Below, in pieces: positions 60,575 to 64,000 of a stretch of DNA of 64,000 nucleotides. The position numbers and the translations under genes were made by a program. Position 1 is the stretch's first letter, and each line of letters begins with the position of its first letter. Location: contig JAVRCJ020000001.1 in assembly GCA_034530875.2 (NCBI GenBank), positions 1-64,000 of the forward strand. The letters run 5' to 3'. The DNA is from Nostoc sp. DedSLP01 (GTDB lineage Bacteria; Cyanobacteriota; Cyanobacteriia; Cyanobacteriales; Nostocaceae). The notes beneath the pieces were generated by a model. The model searched no databases and was not told where the DNA came from. It saw only the letters and a list, made by a program, of their open reading frames with translations.

Positions 60575-63493
60575 CTAATTTCTACCAGCCAGATTCGCTA
60601 CTGCTTTCACCAAATCGGTTGGCTCAATCGGCTTAGATAGATGCAATTGAAATCCAGAGTTTAATGCTTGCTGCCTTTCTTCATCTTTAACATAAGCTGT
60701 GAGTGCAGCAGATGGAATCTGCCCACCTTCACAAGCAGGTAGAGCGCGAATTTTTTGTAGCAATGAATAACCATCTTCCAATGGCATCCCGAGATCGCTC
60801 AACAAAACATCTGGTTGCCATTGCCTAAGTACTTCTAGCGCCTGGGCTGCTGATGTTACTGCTTTGACATCTGCACCGTTAGCTGATAATACCATAGTCT
60901 GATAATTGAGTGTATCGGCTTCGTCGTCTACAATTAGCACTTTTAATCCAGCTAATGTAGGTAAATTTACAAATGGATCGCTATTATTGTTTGATACTCC
61001 ACGCTGTGGAACTCGCCCAGGTAATAGTACGGGTATTTCACTAGGTAGGTTTACTGTAAATTTTGCACCTTGATTTTTACCAGCGCTTTCTACGCGGACT
61101 GTACCGCCATGCAGTTCAACAATATGATAGACGATTGCTAAACCCAGCCCTAAACCACCATAAGCTCTAGTAATTGTGGCATCAGCTTGGCGAAAGCGCT
61201 CAAAGACAAAAGGCAGAAATTCCGCTTCTATGCCGATACCTGTATCGCTGACAGTAATTTCTACATGGGAATTAACTCTATCCAACTGCACTTGGATGCG
61301 TCCGCCTGTGGGGGTAAATTTAATCGCATTCGATAATAAATTCCAGATGACTTGCTGTAATCGCCCTAAATCGCCTTTAACTGTTTCGACTCTGGGATCT
61401 AATAAACATTCCAATTGAATTTGCTTGGCATCAGCTACGGGACGAACTGATTCAATTGCTGTTTGGACAATTGGAGCAATTTGCAGGGATTCCATTTTTA
61501 ACTTCAGTTTGCCCGTAATAATGCGCGATACATCGAGTAAATCTTCAATTAGCTGTGTTTGCAATTTAGCATTGCGCTCGATTGTTTCTAAACCTTTGAT
61601 TTTGGTCGCTTCATTGATGCGATCGCCTCGTAGTACGATAGACCAACCAAGGATGCCATTGAGGGGCGATCGCAATTCGTGGGAAACTATCGCTAAAAAG
61701 TCGTCTTTCATACGGTTGGCTTGCTGCAACTGCTCGGTTTGTCGTTGCAAAGAAGCCATGAGTTCGGAGCGATGCATGGCGATGGCAATTTGGTCGCATA
61801 TTGTTTGCAGTAAGGCGATTTCCTCTGCTGTTAAACTAGAACGGCTGCGGCTGCCAAAAGATAGAGTCCCTTTCACTTTCCCTCTCACCCGCAACGGCTG
61901 ACAAGAATAAGTTTGGATGCCGATGGAACGCACAAGTTCAGTTTTTTCGTCTGTGATTTGTTGGATATTAGCGATCGACATTTGATAGCCTTCTAATGCC
62001 ACAGTACCGCATACTTTTTGGCCTAATTCCAACCACTCAATTTCTTGAGCAAGTTCTTCACAAATCCCACCCGCAGATGCCAAATGCAACATCTGCCTTT
62101 GTTCATCAACTAAGTAATTGAAGTAAGTATCCAACCCAAGGGGTTGAAGTTTGGCAAATAAATTTTTAATTAGTGCTAGTGGTTGTTCGCTTGATAATAG
62201 TTCGCTGGTTGTTTCTGATAGCAGTTGCAGCCTTTGGGTACGCTCAGACAGTGCTTGTGTACGGTCTCGCAGCTTCTTTTCCGTGCGCTTGAGATGGGTG
62301 ATATCTGATACCGCAACGCCAATTCCTAATATTTCTCCATCTTTTGTATAAACTGGATAGTAGTTTGCCAAAGCGTGTTGTTCGCCGCGCTCGGTGGCTT
62401 TTGTTTCTCCGCTAATTTCTATATTGTTAATTGCTTCTCCAGTATCCAACACTTGGCGCATCAACGTTTCTACTTGATTTGCAAACTCTGGTAGAAACTC
62501 TTGCATTGTCCTACCGATGGTCTCGGTTAAAGACACGCCATTGACCCCTGCAATATATTGATTCATCCGCAGGCAGCGTAATTCTTTATCAAAGAAAGCT
62601 AAACCAACAGGGGCGCTGGCTAATAATGTATCTAGCAATGCTAACGATTCATCAGCTTGTTTGCGGGCAAGTTGCTCGCGGGCGAGGATTTCGGCTTTTT
62701 CTGCTTCTGCCCGTTTGGATTCGCTGATATCTCGGGAAATGCCGAGGATACCAAGCGTATTTCCCTTCTCATCAAGATACGGTGTTTTTGTCGTTGAATA
62801 TGTTTTAGTAATACCTGAGGCTGTAACGGTTTCTTCGTATGTCCTAGAAGCACCTATACAGAGGATATGGCGATCGTCTGCAATAATTTTTTGTGCTGAG
62901 TCAGGTGCAAATAATTCTGTATCCTTTTTACCAATAATGTCTGCTACTTGCTTGCCAATAAAATTAGCTCCAGCAGAATTAATTAATAGATAATTACCTT
63001 GAATATCTTTGACAAAAATAGCATCGCTAATGCCTTCAATCACAGCATTGACCAGAGAGTGACTTGTTCGTAATTCTTCCGCCATTTTGCGTTCTGTCAT
63101 GTCCCGCGTCACTTTTGCAAAACCGCACAGATGGCCATTATTGTCTCGTAATGCTGTAATTACCACATTTGCCCAGAAATACGAGCCGTCTTTGCGAACC
63201 CGCCAACCTTCATCTTCAATCCGACCGTAATTTTCTGCGAGTTTTAGTTCCTGTTGGGGTTTACCTCGCTCAATATCTTCCGAACAATAAAAACGCCCAA
63301 AATGTTGGCCGATAATTTCTGCTGCTTTATAGCCTTTAATGCGTTCGGCTCCAATATTCCAACTAATAATATATCCTCCAGGATTGAGCATAAAAATTGC
63401 GTAATCCTGTACGCTTTCTACCAATAAGCGAAAGCTTTCTTCACTTCGATCTAAAGATTCTTGAATTTGAGTATTTAAGCCTAATGAAGCCAT
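60575..63493 (-). CDS. Hybrid sensor histidine kinase (3 PAS - GAF - HisKA - HATPase - REC)
   Basis: SWN.GAERI.GY, EGWRVRKDGS; SHELRSPL; NLLSNAIKFT, DTGIGI, GGLGLGL; LIVDD, LSDLGMP and KP motifs. Confidence 0.94.
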   Translation of the reverse strand: MASLGLNTQIQESLDRSEESFRLLVESVQDYAIFMLNPGGYIISWNIGAERIKGYKAAEIIGQHFGRFYCSEDIERGKPQQELKLAENYGRIEDEGWRVRKDGSYFWANVVITALRDNNGHLCGFAKVTRDMTERKMAEELRTSHSLVNAVIEGISDAIFVKDIQGNYLLINSAGANFIGKQVADIIGKKDTELFAPDSAQKIIADDRHILCIGASRTYEETVTASGITKTYSTTKTPYLDEKGNTLGILGISRDISESKRAEAEKAEILAREQLARKQADESLALLDTLLASAPVGLAFFDKELRCLRMNQYIAGVNGVSLTETIGRTMQEFLPEFANQVETLMRQVLDTGEAINNIEISGETKATERGEQHALANYYPVYTKDGEILGIGVAVSDITHLKRTEKKLRDRTQALSERTQRLQLLSETTSELLSSEQPLALIKNLFAKLQPLGLDTYFNYLVDEQRQMLHLASAGGICEELAQEIEWLELGQKVCGTVALEGYQMSIANIQQITDEKTELVRSIGIQTYSCQPLRVRGKVKGTLSFGSRSRSSLTAEEIALLQTICDQIAIAMHRSELMASLQRQTEQLQQANRMKDDFLAIVSHELRSPLNGILGWSIVLRGDRINEATKIKGLETIERNAKLQTQLIEDLLDVSRIITGKLKLKMESLQIAPIVQTAIESVRPVADAKQIQLECLLDPRVETVKGDLGRLQQVIWNLLSNAIKFTPTGGRIQVQLDRVNSHVEITVSDTGIGIEAEFLPFVFERFRQADATITRAYGGLGLGLAIVYHIVELHGGTVRVESAGKNQGAKFTVNLPSEIPVLLPGRVPQRGVSNNNSDPFVNLPTLAGLKVLIVDDEADTLNYQTMVLSANGADVKAVTSAAQALEVLRQWQPDVLLSDLGMPLEDGYSLLQKIRALPACEGGQIPSAALTAYVKDEERQQALNSGFQLHLSKPIEPTDLVKAVANLAGRN

Positions 63494-63585
63494 TTTTATT
63501 ATAAGTTTTAACTCTCAAAATTTTTTTCAATTAACAATAGCACCAAATGTCCGTACCTATAACATTTGATAGATGTTTAGTCTTA

Positions 63586-63682
63586 TATAGCGCTTCTCAA
63601 TTGAGTAAAATACGCCAATTCGTAGGGGCTTTACAGTGTAAAGCCCCTACAGCGTATTGCATCCAAACGAGAATCGCTATAG
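63586..63682. mobile_element. MITE-like element carrying an intact GTAG hairpin (63622-63650)
   Basis: Ends tatagcgcttctc / gagaatcgctata; internal gtaggggctttacagtgtaaagcccctac. Confidence 0.65.
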
Positions 63683-64000
63683 TTATTCGTCAAATAAGGC
63701 TGCCGGCTGTAGACCGATGAAACCTGTGTTGAGCGAACTCAACAATTAAAAACTAACAAATCGTAGCTTTTTGTGGAGGCTAGTACCAAGAGTGCTTTCA
63801 AAGCAGAATGTATAAAAATATACTTTTCTGCTTAGACCCTAGATCCTAGTTTCCATCGGATTTCAAACTGCGATCGCATAAAAATTTTTCATTAGACATT
63901 TTATTTTCTGCTCCCTAAAATTGCTCTTTCAACGTCTTACACTTTTCTTGCAGCTCTTATATACGAAAAAATACATGCATTTTTGTAGCCTTTATATCTT

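Larger units (their letters stand above)
1..64000. repeat. HIP1 octamer GCGATCGC dispersed throughout the window
   Basis: Many copies in coding and intergenic DNA; a hallmark of cyanobacterial genomes. Confidence 0.95.

Noticed and set aside
61176..62993. Several plus-strand ORFs antisense to the histidine kinase
   Set aside because: Shadow ORFs of a well-supported gene on the opposite strand

Overview
64-kb chromosomal window from a filamentous, most likely heterocyst-forming (Nostocales-type) cyanobacterium. The basis is frequent HIP1 (GCGATCGC), STRR heptamer/nonamer repeats, small dispersed repeats and MITEs, and psbD/ycf4/ftrC. The left part holds core genes (psbD 5' end, ycf4, cyclophilin, ketoacyl synthase, gdhA), a heme catalase, a complete stand-alone eboA-F cluster and stress genes (aldo-keto reductase, dps, pirin). 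The middle holds an apparently uncharacterised four-gene operon: a DUF3859-like protein, an AsnB-like amide ligase without the N-terminal Cys, a LysA-fold protein lacking the PLP lysine and carrying two in-frame repeat insertions, and a membrane protein with a Zn-ribbon and a degenerate Top6A/Spo11-type TOPRIM domain. The right part holds CHAT/DUF928/CHASE2-cyclase signalling genes, phoD, tandem PaO-like Rieske oxygenases, a truncated kinase-AAA-GAF protein, and an aniline-dioxygenase-like module (Rieske beta/alpha + glutamine-synthetase-like ligase) with decayed neighbours. It ends with an endolysin-like peptidase and a hybrid histidine kinase. No rRNA, tRNA, CRISPR array or intact transposase was seen. 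All family assignments come from motif recognition by eye, not from database searches.
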